Shown piece after piece: positions 1-7,705 of a DNA stretch of 52,021 nt. Within the stretch, counting starts at the first letter, position 1. Each line of letters starts with the position of its first letter. The notes under the pieces were generated by a model that worked only from the letters and a program-made list of their open reading frames with translations, was not told the origin of the DNA and made no database searches. This DNA comes from a bacterium. GTDB lineage: Bacteria; Methylomirabilota; Methylomirabilia; CAVQYV01. Location of the stretch: positions 1 through 52,021 of the forward strand of contig JAZDMQ010000063.1 of assembly GCA_043800755.1 (NCBI GenBank), in the 5' to 3' direction. The translations under genes and the position numbers were made by a program.

Positions 1-229
1 CCCAGGCCGGGCTGGGGGAGAGGAGGCGGCGGCCTATGGCATTCACCTTGATCCCCACGGCCTCCTGAGGGGAGAAGAGAGAGCCCCAGGCGTCCTTGGG
101 GGCAGAGGCACCGGTCAGTCTGACCATGGCGGCCTCGACCATAGCAGCCAAGGCGCCCCCATCCACCATCCCCCCTGGACCCAGGACCCTCTTACTCCTC
201 ACCACCACTACCCGGGACTCGCGCACCAT
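1..229 (-). CDS. DUF362-family protein, N-terminal part (runs off the window edge)
   Basis: Manual translation from ATG at 229: MVRESRVVVVRSKRVLGPGGMVDGGALAAMVEAAMVRLTGASAPKDAWGSLFSPQEAVGIKVNAIG. The 'W.SLFSP...VGIKVN' pattern is typical of DUF362 proteins. Not in the ORF track because it is truncated. Confidence 0.65.
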   Translation of the reverse strand, partial: MVRESRVVVVRSKRVLGPGGMVDGGALAAMVEAAMVRLTGASAPKDAWGSLFSPQEAVGIKVNAIGRRLLSPSPAW

Positions 230-235
230 AGCTTC

Positions 236-264
236 AACATAGCGAAACTGTCCAGTAAAGTCAA
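236..264 (-). promoter_or_regulatory. sigma70-type promoter for the DUF362 gene (probably leaderless)
   Basis: Minus strand reads TTGACT-17 bp-TATGTT-gaagct-ATG. Confidence 0.6.
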
Positions 265-296
265 GCGCAGGAAACCCCTCTTTGCCCTTTCTCTCC

Positions 297-325
297 TTGA
301 CATTTCCCGGGAGGCGGATTAATCT
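297..325 (+). promoter_or_regulatory. sigma70-type promoter for the MEMO-AMMECR1 gene
   Basis: TTGACA (297-302), 17 bp spacer, TAATCT (320-325). Confidence 0.6.
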
Positions 326-356
326 TTTCAGGTCCATTCGTTGAGGCGAGGAAAAA

Positions 357-1835
357 ATGAAACGAAATGCCCTCCTCTGCTGGGAAGTGGTGTTGTGCTG
401 GGTCCTGCTGACAGGCCCTGCCATGGCCGATCAGATCCGGAAGCCTGCGGTGGCTGGCCTCTTCTACCCCGGAGAGAAGAAGGAGCTGGCCTCCCTGGTG
501 GATGACTATCTGGAGAAGGCACCCCTGCACCCCTGTGCGGAGAGAGAGATCCTGGCCCTCATCGTCCCCCATGCCGGCTATCTCTATTCGGGGAGGGTGG
601 CGGCCCAGGCCTACAAGCAGATCCAGGGGAAGAGTTACGAGGCCGTGGTGCTCATCGGCCCCAGCCACTCCGCAGGATTCGAAGGGGCCTCTCTTTACGA
701 TGGAGACTTCTATGAGACCCCCCTGGGAAAGGTCAGGATTAATAAGGCCTTGACGGAAGAGCTCATCCGCCAGAACAAGGGCTTCTGCTTCCTCCCCCAA
801 CCTCATCGCAAGGAACACTCCCTGGAGGTACAGCTGCCCTTCCTCCAGAGATCGTTGGCCGACTTTTCCCTGGTCCCCATCCTCATCGGCTCCCAATCCC
901 TGTCGACCTCCAAGGCATTGTCTGGCAACTTGATCCAAGTCCTGAAGGGGAAGAAGGTGCTGCTGGTGGCCAGCTCCGACCTCTCCCACTACCACCCGGC
1001 CAAGGTGGCCCATCAGTTGGATCAGTCGACCAGGGAGGCGATTCAGGCCATGGATGCCCCTGGCCTAATCCGTCGGGTGGAGGCTGGGTCAGCCGAGCTC
1101 TGTGGGGTCGGTCCAGTGGCCACGGTCCTCCTGGCGGCCAAGGGGCTGGGGGCAAGCCAGGCAGAGGTCCTCAGCTATTCCGATTCCAGCGAGGTCACCG
1201 GGGATTCCTCGGCGGTGGTGGGCTATTTGGCCGCAGCCCTCTCTAAGGACAAAGGGGCGAAGACCTCCCTCTCCTCCAAGGGAGGGGAGGGATCGCTAAG
1301 CCCTAAGCTCCAGCGGGAGCTGTTAGGGATGGCGCGCCAGGCGATTGAGACCTACCTCGTCCAAGGAAAGATCCTGCAGCCCCAGGCCTCGGACCCTGCC
1401 CTGGACCACCTCGCCGCTGCCTTCGTGACCCTGACCCAGCGAGGGGAGCTTCGGGGCTGCATCGGCCTCACTGAGCCCCTCTTTCCCCTCTCGCGCACCG
1501 TGACCCAGTGCGCGATTGCCGCTGCCACCTCTGACCCCCGTTTTCCCCCATTAAAGGCCTCGGAGCTCCAAGAGGTGGAGATCGAGATCTCGGTGCTGAG
1601 TCCTTTGCGGGAGATCAAGGACCCGACGGAGATCAAGGTAGGGCGGGACGGGATCCTGATCGAGAAGAAGGGGCGGAGGGGGCTACTCCTTCCTCAGGTG
1701 GCCACCGAGTATCATTGGGACCGAAAGACCTTCCTGGAGGAGACCTGCCACAAGGCGGGCCTCCCCGCTGATGCCTGGAAGGAGGGAGCGAGGATCTTCA
1801 TCTTCTCCGCTGAGATATTTCATGAAGGCAAATAA
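357..1835 (+). CDS. AmmeMemoRadiSam system protein B (MEMO1 family) fused to protein A (AMMECR1 domain), with signal-peptide-like N-terminus
   Basis: MEMO motifs RKPAVAGLFYP, PHAGYLYSG, GPSH, EHSLEVQLPF, SSDLSHY, LCG. AMMECR1 motifs FVTL...LRGCIG, DPRF, EISVLSP, LLLPQVATE. Confidence 0.9.
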   Translation: MKRNALLCWEVVLCWVLLTGPAMADQIRKPAVAGLFYPGEKKELASLVDDYLEKAPLHPCAEREILALIVPHAGYLYSGRVAAQAYKQIQGKSYEAVVLIGPSHSAGFEGASLYDGDFYETPLGKVRINKALTEELIRQNKGFCFLPQPHRKEHSLEVQLPFLQRSLADFSLVPILIGSQSLSTSKALSGNLIQVLKGKKVLLVASSDLSHYHPAKVAHQLDQSTREAIQAMDAPGLIRRVEAGSAELCGVGPVATVLLAAKGLGASQAEVLSYSDSSEVTGDSSAVVGYLAAALSKDKGAKTSLSSKGGEGSLSPKLQRELLGMARQAIETYLVQGKILQPQASDPALDHLAAAFVTLTQRGELRGCIGLTEPLFPLSRTVTQCAIAAATSDPRFPPLKASELQEVEIEISVLSPLREIKDPTEIKVGRDGILIEKKGRRGLLLPQVATEYHWDRKTFLEETCHKAGLPADAWKEGARIFIFSAEIFHEGK

Positions 1836-1883
1836 GCCTTATCCGCTTATCCATCTTAACCCGTTATCTGCAAGGAGAGCCGA

Positions 1884-2906
1884 ATGAAAGCACTGGTCTA
1901 CCATGGAAAGGAGTCGATCGCCCTGGAGGAGATGGAGCTTCCAAAGCTCCAGGAGGGGGAGGCGCTGATCAAGGTGCATTATGCCGGGATCTGCGGCAGC
2001 GACCTCAATATCTGGCACGGGGCCCTCTCCCGCATCGTCCCTCCGGTCATCTTGGGCCACGAGTTCTGCGGAGAGATCGTCGAGGTCAAGGGTCAGGCCA
2101 AGGGGGACCTCAAGGTCGGGGATCCGGTGGCGGTGGAGCCCCTCATCAACTGCGGGATCTGCCTCCCCTGCCGCATGGGCCTCTATCATGTCTGTCGTTG
2201 CCTGAAGCTGATCGGCGTGGATGTGCATGGCGGCTTTGCCCCCTATGTCAAGGCCCCCTTCCCTCGAATCTATAAGCTGGCCCCCGGAGCCAGCATGGAG
2301 CTGGCGGCCTTGACTGAGCCCACCGCGGTTGCCACCCATATGGTGCGCCGCTCAGGGGTCCAGGTGGGGGACTTCGTGGTGGTCCTGGGGGGAGGCCCAA
2401 TTGGCCTCTTGGTGGCGCAGGTCGCCCGGGCCGTCGGGGCGAGCCGGGTCTATATCTCGGAGATCAACGAGTTCCGGCTGAACCTGGCCCAGGAGTTGGG
2501 GTTCGGGGTAATCAATCCCCAGAAGGCCGACGCGATCCAGGCCGTCCTCGACATGACAGGGGGCGAGGGGGCGGATGTGGTCTTCGAGGAGATCGGACTG
2601 CAGGAGGCCGCGGCCCAGATGGTCGCCATGACCAGGGTGCGGGGCCGCATCCTCATGGGTGGGATCTACAAGAAGCCCGCCCTGGTGGACTTGCAGAATG
2701 TGGCGGTTAAGGAGATCGAGATGGTCGGATCGAGGGTTTACGATTTCCGGGACTTCCAGGCGGCCCTCGACCTGTTGAACGACGGGAGGGTCAAGGCAAC
2801 CCCCCTGATCTCGAAGAAGATCAAGCTGGAGCAGATCATCGAGGAAGGCTTCAATGTTATTCAGGCCGGCGGCCAGGTGATGAAAATCCTGGTCAGGCCC
2901 CAGTGA
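1884..2906 (+). CDS. Zinc-dependent medium-chain (sugar alcohol/threonine dehydrogenase-like) dehydrogenase
   Basis: GICGSD, GHEFCG, structural Zn CGICLPC...C, Rossmann GGGPIG. Confidence 0.9.
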   Translation: MKALVYHGKESIALEEMELPKLQEGEALIKVHYAGICGSDLNIWHGALSRIVPPVILGHEFCGEIVEVKGQAKGDLKVGDPVAVEPLINCGICLPCRMGLYHVCRCLKLIGVDVHGGFAPYVKAPFPRIYKLAPGASMELAALTEPTAVATHMVRRSGVQVGDFVVVLGGGPIGLLVAQVARAVGASRVYISEINEFRLNLAQELGFGVINPQKADAIQAVLDMTGGEGADVVFEEIGLQEAAAQMVAMTRVRGRILMGGIYKKPALVDLQNVAVKEIEMVGSRVYDFRDFQAALDLLNDGRVKATPLISKKIKLEQIIEEGFNVIQAGGQVMKILVRPQ

Positions 2907-2933
2907 GGCTGGAAGAAAGGAGGAAAAGAGCCA

Positions 2934-3776
2934 ATGGCAGCTGCAAAGGCCTTGATTGAGGAATTGGAAGGGAGGGCCAGGGGGCTTCGCTGTGATGTGG
3001 TGAAGATGTGTCATTATGCGGGCTCCGGGCATCCCGGGGGCTCCCTGTCCGCTGCGGACATGGTGGCCGCCCTCTATTTTCATTTCATGCGGCTCGATCC
3101 CAAGAATCCCAAGTGGGAAGATCGGGATCGCTTCATTATGAGCAAAGGCCACGCCTGTCCGGTTCAGTACGCGGCCCTTTCCCGGAGGGGCTTCTTCCCG
3201 GAGGAGGTGCTGTGGACCCTGCGCAAGTTCGAAAGCCCCTTGCAGGGCCACCCGGACATGAAGTCCACCCGCGGCCTGGACATGACCTCCGGTTCCTTGG
3301 GGAATGGGCTGTCCATCGGTGTGGGAATGGCCCTGGGGGCCAGGATCGCAAAGAAGGACTTTCGCGTCTATGTGATCTTGGGGGACGGAGAGATCCAGGA
3401 AGGCCTGGTTTGGGAAGGGGCAATGGCCGCGGCTCATTTCCAGCTGGATAGCCTAACCGCCATGGTGGATTACAACAAGCTCCAGATCGACGGGGAGAAT
3501 AAGGATGTGATGGGGTTGGAGCCCCTGGTGGGCAAGTGGCAGCAGTTCGGCTGGCACACGATCGAAATCGATGGCCACGATATGGCTGAGGTGGTCAGGG
3601 CCATTGAAGAGGCCCAGTCCACAAAGGGGAAGCCCACCTGCATTATCGCCCATACCGTGAAGGGCAAGGGGGTTTCCTACATGGAGTGCGCGGTGGACTG
3701 GCACGGTCGCGTCCCCACCCAGGAGGAGTTGGACCAGGCCCTGGTGGAATTAGGGGAGAAGGGAGGGAAGGCATAA
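2934..3776 (+). CDS. Transketolase, N-terminal (TPP-binding) subunit
   Basis: SGHPGGSLS, DRDRFIMSKGH, LQGHP, GSLGNG, GDGE...N TPP motif, HTVKGKG. Confidence 0.93.
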   Translation: MAAAKALIEELEGRARGLRCDVVKMCHYAGSGHPGGSLSAADMVAALYFHFMRLDPKNPKWEDRDRFIMSKGHACPVQYAALSRRGFFPEEVLWTLRKFESPLQGHPDMKSTRGLDMTSGSLGNGLSIGVGMALGARIAKKDFRVYVILGDGEIQEGLVWEGAMAAAHFQLDSLTAMVDYNKLQIDGENKDVMGLEPLVGKWQQFGWHTIEIDGHDMAEVVRAIEEAQSTKGKPTCIIAHTVKGKGVSYMECAVDWHGRVPTQEELDQALVELGEKGGKA

Positions 3777-4717
3777 TGGGAGAGCGGATTACCCTGCAGT
3801 CGGCCTATGGCCAGACCTTGAAGGAGCTGGGATCGAAGTACCCGAACCTGGTGGTTCTGGATGCGGATCTCTCCAAGATCACCCAGACCGTCCATTTCGC
3901 CAAGGCCTTCCCCGATCGTTTCTTCAATGTGGGGATCGCGGAGCAAAATCTGATGGCCATCACCGCGGGTCTGGCCACGACGGGGATGATTCCGGTGGCC
4001 AATACCTACGCCTGCTTCGCCACCATGAGGGCCTGCGAGCAGGTGCGCACCTTCATCGCCTACCCCAACCTGAACGCGAAGATTGTCGCCCTGTCTGCGG
4101 GGATCGAGGAGGGTTGGAGCGGGGTGACCCATCAGGCCATCGAGGATATGGCCATCATGAGGACTATTCCCAACATGACCGTGGTGGCCCCCTCAGATGC
4201 CTTCCTCACCAAGAAGGCAACTGAGGCGATCATTGCCCATAAAGGGCCGGTCTATATGCGGTTTGGCCGCAATGCCTTTCCCGTCATTTACGACGAGCAG
4301 GTCTCCTTCACCCTGGGAAAGGCGATTCGGCTTCGGGAGGGCAAGGATGTGACCTTGATCGCCTGCGGGATCATGGTGGAAAGGGCCCTCCGGGCGGCGG
4401 AGCTGTTGGAGAAGGAGAGGATCTCGGTCCGGGTGCTCGACATGCACACCATCAAGCCCTTGGATGAGGCGGCGGTCCTGGAGGCGGCCAAGGAGACCGG
4501 GGCCCTGGTGTCGGCCGAGGACCACCTCGTTTCCAGCGGCCTGGGTGGGACGGTGGCAGAGTGCCTCGCTGCCCATTGGCCAGCCCCGCTGGAGCGGATT
4601 GGGCTCCAGGATCGGTTTGGGGAGACCGGACATCCGGACAGGCTCTTCGAAAAATACGCAATGACTGAGCACCACATCGCCGAGGCGGCCAAGAGGGCGA
4701 TCCAGAGGAAGAAATAG
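3776..4717 (+). CDS. Transketolase, C-terminal subunit
   Basis: ATG at 3776 overlaps the upstream TAA (TAATG). Motifs LDADL, GIAEQN, THQAIED, GPVYMR, HTIKPLD. Confidence 0.92.
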   Translation: MGERITLQSAYGQTLKELGSKYPNLVVLDADLSKITQTVHFAKAFPDRFFNVGIAEQNLMAITAGLATTGMIPVANTYACFATMRACEQVRTFIAYPNLNAKIVALSAGIEEGWSGVTHQAIEDMAIMRTIPNMTVVAPSDAFLTKKATEAIIAHKGPVYMRFGRNAFPVIYDEQVSFTLGKAIRLREGKDVTLIACGIMVERALRAAELLEKERISVRVLDMHTIKPLDEAAVLEAAKETGALVSAEDHLVSSGLGGTVAECLAAHWPAPLERIGLQDRFGETGHPDRLFEKYAMTEHHIAEAAKRAIQRKK

Positions 4718-4719
4718 AA

Positions 4720-5136
4720 ATGAAAGGAAAAGCGGGGAGGGCCAGCCGGGCGCCGCTGCCCACGGTGGACATCATCATCGAGAGGGAAGGAGGGGGCGTG
4801 GTTCTGATCAATCGCAAGAACCCGCCCTTTGGCTGGGCCCTCCCTGGGGGATTCGTGGATTATGGGGAGACACTGGAGCAAGCCGCAGTGCGGGAGGCGA
4901 AGGAAGAGACCTGCCTGGAGGTGACATCGATCCGGCAGTTTCATGCCTACTCCGCTCCCGATCGGGACCCCCGCGGCCACACCATCTCCATGGTCTTCAT
5001 CGCCAGATCCTCGGGGGAGCCGCGGGCCGCGGATGATGCCCAGGAGATCGGGATCTTTCAGCCGGATCAATTGCCCCAGCCTCTCGCCTTCGACCACGGG
5101 AAGATCCTGGCCGATTACTTCTCCCATGTCTACTAA
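4720..5136 (+). CDS. NUDIX hydrolase (ADP-ribose pyrophosphatase-like)
   Basis: Nudix box [22 protein letters not shown], plus RDPR and ADDA motifs. Confidence 0.9.
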   Translation: MKGKAGRASRAPLPTVDIIIEREGGGVVLINRKNPPFGWALPGGFVDYGETLEQAAVREAKEETCLEVTSIRQFHAYSAPDRDPRGHTISMVFIARSSGEPRAADDAQEIGIFQPDQLPQPLAFDHGKILADYFSHVY

Positions 5137-5145
5137 GGGAATCTG

Positions 5146-5520
5146 GTGAAGAGGCGAATCCAGCAACTGGTGGGGCTGATCAAGGGCCTGATCACGGATG
5201 ACCGCATCCCCAAGCAGGACAAGATGATCCTGGCCGGCCTTTTGGCGCTCATCCTCTCCCCTTTCGATCTCATCCCCGACTTCATCCCGGTCCTCGGTTA
5301 TTTCGACGATTTCTTCATGTGGGCCCTGCTCTTAGATTATCTCTTCCATCGGATCGACCGGGAGGTGCTGGTGGACCATTATCCCTGGGATCTGAGGGGC
5401 TATCAGCGGATGCAGCGCTGGGTGGGCTATATCTCTTGGGTCATCCCCAAGTGTGTTAAGGAGTTGATCTGGGCCAAGGCGGCCAAGCAGGACCCGGAGG
5501 CGACAGGGGAGAAAGGATAA
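5146..5520 (+). CDS. DUF1232/YkvA-family membrane protein
   Basis: SPFDLIPDFIPVLGYFDD signature. Confidence 0.85.
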   Translation: MKRRIQQLVGLIKGLITDDRIPKQDKMILAGLLALILSPFDLIPDFIPVLGYFDDFFMWALLLDYLFHRIDREVLVDHYPWDLRGYQRMQRWVGYISWVIPKCVKELIWAKAAKQDPEATGEKG

Positions 5521-5524
5521 GAGG

Positions 5525-6706
5525 ATGACCATATCGGCTCGGGTGCGGGAGTGCATGGAGGGATCCTCCTGGATCCGGAGGATGTTCGAGGAGGGCTGCG
5601 AGTTGAAGGCCCGATGTGGTCCGGAGAATGTCTTTGACTTCAGCCTGGGAAATCCCTGCCTTCCGCCGCCACCCGAGTTTCAGCAGGCCCTGGAGGCGGT
5701 GGTGGCTGAGAGATGTCCCGGCAAGCATGCCTATATGCCCAATGCGGGGCTGATCGAGACCCGGACCGCCGTGGCCGATTATCTGACCAAAGAGCATGGG
5801 GTTGCCTTTGGTCCCGAGCAGATCCTCATGACCTGCGGGGCAGGGGGGGCGCTCAATGTGATCTTGAAGGCCCTCCTGGAGCCTGGGGATGAGGTCATCT
5901 ATCTGATCCCCTTCTTCCCGGAGTATCGTTTCTACATCGAGAATCACGGGGGGACTGGGGTCCCGGTGCGCAGCCAAAAGGATTTCTCCCCGGACCTTTC
6001 GGCCTTGGAGGAGAAGATCGGCAAGAGGACCAAGGCCCTTCTCCTCAATTCCCCGAACAATCCCACGGGGAAGGTCTATGATGACCCCAGCCTGGCGAAA
6101 CTGGGGGAGCTTCTGCGGGAGAAGGAGCGGCAATACGGCCGGGAGATCTACCTGATCTCGGATGAGCCCTACGCCAAGCTGGTCTATGATGGGGTTCGAG
6201 TGCCCAGCATCTTTGCCGCGCATCCCCATGCCATCTTAGCGACCTCCCACTCCAAGGACCTTTCCCTTCCGGGGGAGCGGATTGGCTATGCTGCAATCAA
6301 CCCGGCCGCCCCTCATGCCAAAGAGCTGGCCGGGGCCATGATCTTTTCCCAACGGGTCCTGGGCTTTGTCAATGCCCCGGCCCTGATGCAGCGCGTCGTT
6401 GCCCACCTACAGGGGGTGACCGTGGATGTGGGCTGGTATCAGAGGAGGCGCGACCTCCTCTGCCAGGGCCTGTCCGAGATGGGCTATTCCCTGGTGAAGC
6501 CGGAGGGGGCTTTCTACCTCTTCCCCCGATCGCCCATCGATGATTTGGAGTTCGTCCAGGAACTCCAGCGGTACAATATCCTTACCGTTCCCGGCCGCGG
6601 CTTTGGCGCCCCAGGCCACTTTCGGATCGCCTACTGCGTGGACGAGTGTGCGATCGAGGGTGCCCTCCCTGGTTTTGCCGCCGCCCTCCAGAAATACCGC
6701 TCCTGA
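5525..6706 (+). CDS. PLP-dependent class I/II aminotransferase (aspartate aminotransferase-like)
   Basis: DFSLGNP, NSPNNPTG, SDEPY, SHSKDLSLPGERIGY (PLP lysine), GAFY. Confidence 0.92.
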   Translation: MTISARVRECMEGSSWIRRMFEEGCELKARCGPENVFDFSLGNPCLPPPPEFQQALEAVVAERCPGKHAYMPNAGLIETRTAVADYLTKEHGVAFGPEQILMTCGAGGALNVILKALLEPGDEVIYLIPFFPEYRFYIENHGGTGVPVRSQKDFSPDLSALEEKIGKRTKALLLNSPNNPTGKVYDDPSLAKLGELLREKERQYGREIYLISDEPYAKLVYDGVRVPSIFAAHPHAILATSHSKDLSLPGERIGYAAINPAAPHAKELAGAMIFSQRVLGFVNAPALMQRVVAHLQGVTVDVGWYQRRRDLLCQGLSEMGYSLVKPEGAFYLFPRSPIDDLEFVQELQRYNILTVPGRGFGAPGHFRIAYCVDECAIEGALPGFAAALQKYRS

Positions 6707-6742
6707 TTACCCTGCTTATCACCTCGGCCGCCAAGGCCCTCT

Positions 6743-7318
6743 TCAGGCCGTCAACTTCTTGAGCAGCCAGGCCATGTTCTGGCCCAGGCTCTGCATGGTG
6801 GCGATCCCCTCTGCATCCTTGGCGAAGTCCTCCGGGGCCCGAGCCTGCATTAGATTCCAATAGGTGGAGCCGGGCACGATCATCCCCTCGATGAAAAAGA
6901 AGAAATTCAGCGAAGAGAAGGTGTGGGTGGCGCCCGCGCGGCGCATGGAGACCACCGCGGCGCCTACCTTCCGCTTGAGCAGATCCCCATTCACGCGGGC
7001 GACCATCCCGGCCCGATCGATGAGCGCCTTGATCTCGGGGGTAACATTGCTGAAGTAGACCGGGGAACCCAGGATGATGCCGTCGGCCTCCACCATCTTC
7101 TTGATATAGTCATTGATGGGATCAGCTTTCTGGATGCAGCGGCGATCCTTATTCTCCAGGCATTTGTAGCAGGCGATACATCCGTGGATCAGTTGTCCGC
7201 CCACCTGGATCAGCTCGGTCTCGATTCCTTCCTGATGAAGCTCCTTGAAGATGACCTGGAGGGCCTGGAAGGTGTTGCCTCTGGCCCGTGGGCTGCCGTT
7301 GAACGCGACTACTTTCAT
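6743..7318 (-). CDS. Iron-sulfur flavoprotein (Isf)/multimeric flavodoxin
   Basis: Likely start MKVVAFNGSPR at 7318 with an upstream GGAAAGAG. CIACYKC-x7-C cluster motif, GSPVYF, KALIDR. Confidence 0.88.
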   Translation of the reverse strand: MKVVAFNGSPRARGNTFQALQVIFKELHQEGIETELIQVGGQLIHGCIACYKCLENKDRRCIQKADPINDYIKKMVEADGIILGSPVYFSNVTPEIKALIDRAGMVARVNGDLLKRKVGAAVVSMRRAGATHTFSSLNFFFFIEGMIVPGSTYWNLMQARAPEDFAKDAEGIATMQSLGQNMAWLLKKLTA

Positions 7319-7355
7319 CTCTTTCCTCCGATGGGTGATGGGTGTGCGGGGGTCT

Positions 7356-7550
7356 TCATTTAAGCCAACGGTGGCTGACAAAGAGCAGGGTCAGGCCCAG
7401 GATCATAATGCCCAGGCCCAAGAGCCGCAGAGCGGTGTCCGGTAGGCCAGGCAGGAGCTGGATAAATTGCTTCACTTTGTCCGGGCTGAGAAAATACGGG
7501 ATCCCTTCGAGGATCATGGCCAGGCCCAGTGCCAATAGGAACAGCTTCAT
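7356..7550 (-). CDS. DUF2065/YjeT-family small membrane protein
   Basis: ALGLAMILEGIPYFLSP...LRLLGL pattern, 64 aa, GAGGAG SD upstream. Confidence 0.8.
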   Translation of the reverse strand: MKLFLLALGLAMILEGIPYFLSPDKVKQFIQLLPGLPDTALRLLGLGIMILGLTLLFVSHRWLK

Positions 7551-7595
7551 GAGGGTGATCTCCTCCTCGCCCCCGACCGGAACGGGCCATTTTGA

Positions 7596-7624
7596 TTGAC
7601 CCGGGAGGGCGCTGCCATTATAAT
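7596..7624 (+). promoter_or_regulatory. sigma70-type promoter upstream of glnD
   Basis: TTGACC (7596-7601), 17 bp, TATAAT (7619-7624). Confidence 0.75.
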
Positions 7625-7705
7625 AGATATGTTCAAGGCACGCAACCCCCGCAACTTGCCATGGGGAGGTTCGACGATCGAGTACTCTGAGCCCGAGAGA
7701 AGGAA

